Assembly: GCF_036321535.1 (NCBI RefSeq)
Contig: NC_087436.1
Span: 83,144,001 to 83,208,000 of the forward strand
DNA length: 64,000 bases
From: Camelus dromedarius
Lineage: Eukaryota
Reading direction: 5' to 3'
Shown: one piece after another, positions 60,618 to 64,000 of the stretch
Layout: each line of letters opens with the position of its first letter
Numbering within the stretch: the first letter of the stretch is position 1
Made by a program: the position numbers and the translations under genes
The notes under the pieces: model-generated
Database searches by the model: none
Told to the model about the DNA's origin: nothing
What the model saw: the letters and a program-made list of their open reading frames with translations, nothing else

Positions 60618-62944
60618 GTATCTATCACACTCTCTGTTTCTTTTAAAAATTATTTTTTCAGCAGTATTTGAAACATTGTATCACTTGTACATATTCAAAA
60701 GATCCTCTTTTTGAATATTTCTTAAAAAATATGATGTAATTCTCACTTCTTCATTTGGCTTCCTACCAGATACTAACCATGATAGTACCCATGAGTCAGC
60801 GATCAAAGTACTCCAAGTGGGTCAACCCATTTAGTCCTCATGTCAGCTCCAGTTGGCATTATTCCCCGCATTTTACACATGGAAACAACTGAGAGGTGGA
60901 CTTATTCAGTTACACTGCCGAGAAGTGGCAGAGCTGGGCTCAAACTCAAGCAGCTCAGCTCCAAAGCTTACACTGTTACCCACCGTGCCGTGGTGCCCTC
61001 CTACTTGTCAACGGAGAGGATTTTATTCTTCTTCCGAGCGAGTTCTGAAATGTTTGGAGACAAAAGTATATGTAGTTATTTTCATAATTTGTACTTTTTT
61101 CTATTATTGGGAATGTTTAAAACTTGACGTCCATATAGACTCTTACTGTATACCTTGGGACAGAAAATGGTCAGGGGTAAAGGTTTCTGTGCTGCTGGGG
61201 ATGGTCAGGAGATTGAGCGTAGTTGCTCTATTACAGCCACCCGGTCTGCCAGTCGACAAAGGCCTCGTGCCTGAGGCTCTGTTCTGGGGGCTTGGGGTAA
61301 AGTGAATAATACAAACAGGGTTGTCCCTTTGGATTCCACAGGGAAGGACAGACAAGAAACACTTAAATGCAAAGTAAATACAGTTGTGTTAGAGAGTGAA
61401 AAGTCCTCTAAAGAAAATAAGACCTTTGAGACTGGTGGGGTGGGCTCCTTTAGAAATGTCAGCTAGCGAAGGCCTTGCAGAGCCTGTGACATGTGAGCAG
61501 AGATTGTAGCCAAACTTAGATCCAGAGAGCGTTCCAGGTTGACGGTATTGCTCACAGAAAGGCCCTGGGGCAAGAAGTGTAGCATGTGCGAGGGGCAGAA
61601 AGGAAGCCCGGCAGGCAGAGCACAACAGGAGAGGATGAAAAGCTGTGTGAGGTGGGGTCCGGTGTGTGAGACGGGTCAGTTCAAAATGTCCTTGGAGAGG
61701 AGACCCAGAGCCTTGGTTGGATGTCCAAATCTGGGTCTCAGGGAGGATGCTAGCGCTGGAATATAAACATGAGAGTTATTAAACTCTAGATGGTGTTTAA
61801 AGTCGTGGCCTGGATAAAAGCTCACATGGAGAGTAGAAATGAGAAGAGAAGGAGTCCAGACCTGAGGGACTTCTCCATTTAGAGGTCAGGCAGTGAGGAG
61901 GACCTGGAAGAACTGAGCAGGACCAGTTTCTGAGGCAGAGGAAAACCAGGAAAGGGTGGCCCATCTAGACAAGAGAAGAAAGTATTTCGAGAAGGAGGAA
62001 GTGCCAAACCTGTGACATACTGCTGAGAGGTCAAGGAAGATGAACACAGAATTTGTTTTTGCTTTGTCAAGACTCAGTCGTCCCAGGAACAGAGGATGAA
62101 AGTGGACTGAGTGGGATGGGCAGAGAATAGATGGGGATAAGTGGAAACAAAGACTGTGATGGTTCTGAGAAGTTTTGTTGCGAAAGGGAGTAGAGGGCAG
62201 TGGGAGGGTTTCGTTGTTGTTTAGAGAAGTGATAGTAAGGTCTGTTTGTTCGCCAGGGAGAATGATCCAGTTCCGTAGGAGAAAGTGTCGAAGCGTGAGA
62301 AAGACTGAGTAATTGCAAAGGTCACGTCCCAGAATAGGATGGAGGAAGCAGGGTCCAGTGCAGAATGTAGGGCTTTGGGCAGTTTTTATGCCATTCTGAG
62401 GAGGAACAGCGGAGATGAGGGTAGGTTGCTGGTGGGAAGGTGATTAGTTCCTGCCCAGTTGCTTCAGTTTTCTCAGTGTTGCGCAAAGCACGGTCCTCAT
62501 CTGAGACTTAATGAAGTGGAGGACCGCTACAGGTTTAGGAATAAAAGGAAGGTGTGCAGGAGTGTCTCAGAGTGAGAAAGCGCACATCGTGGGAGGTTAC
62601 TAGACAGTGTAGAGTGCCCACGTGAAATCTGTGGTAGTAGATTTAAGGTGAAATCACTCAGCACGGTTGTTTGTTTTTCTCCATTGATGTTGAGTTGCTT
62701 GGATTCCTTTGGATAATCCAGAGTTGAGGTTAACTACAGATGGACTTTTTCTAGGTAAGTACAACAGAAAAGGGACAGAAGACTTGGAGGTATTTGCAAA
62801 GGACGATTAAAGTGCTAACCATAGAATCTGAGCTGGGTAAGAAAAACGTGAGAAGGGTGATGGATAATGAACAAACCGTAGGGTCAGTGGATTGGAGAGC
62901 CCAGTGGCCTCAAATAATGTTAAAGTGGGCTCCACTCTAAAGTA

Positions 62945-63390
62945 AGTGCCTTAGTCTGCTCAGGCTGCTGTAACAAAACACCATTGATTGGGTGGTTTAT
63001 AAACAGAAATCTATTTCTCACAGTTTTGGAGGCTGGGAAGTCCAGGATTAAGATTCTGGCACTTTTGATGTCTGATGAGGGTCTGCTTTCTGGTTTATGG
63101 CTGGCTCTCTTCTCAGTGGATCCTCAAGTGGCAGAAAGAGTTCTCCATGATCTGTTATAAGGGCTCTAGTCCCATTCATGAGGGCTCCACCCTCATGACC
63201 CAGTTGCCTCCCAAAGACGCCACCTCCTAAGGCCATCACATTGGAGCTTAGGATTCCAATGTATGAATTTCCGGCGGGGCAGAAACACTCAGTCCACAAC
63301 ATTCTTTCACTGCCTCCCCCAATTCATGTCCTTCTTGCATGCAAAATATATCCCATCCCAATAGCCCCAAAGTCTTAATTCATTCCAGCA
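62945..63390 (-). mobile_element. MaLR (MLT1A-like) LTR
   Basis: ttagtctgctcaggctgctgtaacaaaa...tttctcacagttttggaggctgggaagtcc signature. Confidence 0.78.
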
Positions 63391-63532
63391 TCATAGAAGT
63401 TAGACTGGAGTCCCACTCTGAAGTAAGTGAATTAGGATAGTGTATGACGATCAGAGAGGAGAATGTTTCCAATACAGAAGATGGAACAGTTATTGATGAC
63501 TATAAAGTACAGAATGTCACCTGTGTCTGGGG

Positions 63533-63761
63533 CAGTACTTTTCAACTAGGAGTGATTTTGCCCCTCAGGAAACATTTGGCACTGTCTGAGGTCATTTTAG
63601 GTTGTCGTAACTGAGGAGGGGGCATGTGTGTTAGGGTGACTGCTACTGCCATCTAGTGTCTAGGAATGCTGCTAACGTCCCACAATGCACAAGACAGCCA
63701 GCCCCTCACCGCAAAGAATTACCTGACACAAAATGTCAATTGCATCAGTTTAGAAACCCTG
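63533..63761. mobile_element. MER20-like hAT element
   Basis: gattttgcccctcaggaaacatttggcactgtctg...gtttagaaaccctg. Confidence 0.75.
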
Positions 63762-64000
63762 ATCCGGGATATGGGTGACTGAGGTGGATCAGGGAAAAGA
63801 GAGGAGACAAGATCAAGAATTGAGAGATCAAGGTGGGAAATAGATCGTGTTTACTAACTTTGAATTTGCCAAGAATGACGGGAAGAATGGTGACAGGCAT
63901 GGTTGTGCTGAGGAAGACAGTCAGCAAGGTGCTGACGTTTTCAACAACTGAAGCGCAGTGACTACGTCTTTGGGAAGCGGTTATAGAAGAAGGGGAGGAA

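Noticed and set aside
60770..60900. Possible HERC6 exon 9
   Set aside because: Translation after the ctaccAG does not resemble the expected continuation; exon 9 is probably beyond the window.
1..64000. CRISPR arrays, rRNA or prokaryotic systems
   Set aside because: The sequence is mammalian; no repeat-spacer arrays or rRNA-like segments were seen.

Overview
Eukaryotic (mammalian) genomic DNA, most likely a camelid, judging from the tRNA-Ala-derived SINEs and L1 3' ends. The right quarter holds the CpG-island promoter and coding exons 1-8 of HERC6 (+ strand, ATG at 49970). All introns are GT-AG, the frame is continuous and it encodes the RCC1-like domain; the gene continues past the window. 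Intron 1 carries a cluster of three ISRE-like motifs. The rest is repeat-rich: a full-length young LINE-1 (23401-30487, minus, 16-bp TSD, intact ORF1, ORF2 with a 1-nt frameshift and a YADD->YAND change), an older 5'-truncated L1, short L1 3' ends, SINEs, solo LTRs, hAT transposons, L2 fragments and microsatellites. The most unexpected observation comes from manual translation of the non-repeat islands between about 350 and 22560. These minus-strand segments, several with splice-site-like borders, read as decayed C-type lectin domain exons in a sensible order. This suggests an old multi-CTLD (mannose-receptor-like) pseudogene divergently oriented to HERC6. That call is pattern recognition only and needs an HMM and synteny test. 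Repeat family names are from memory, not from a database search.
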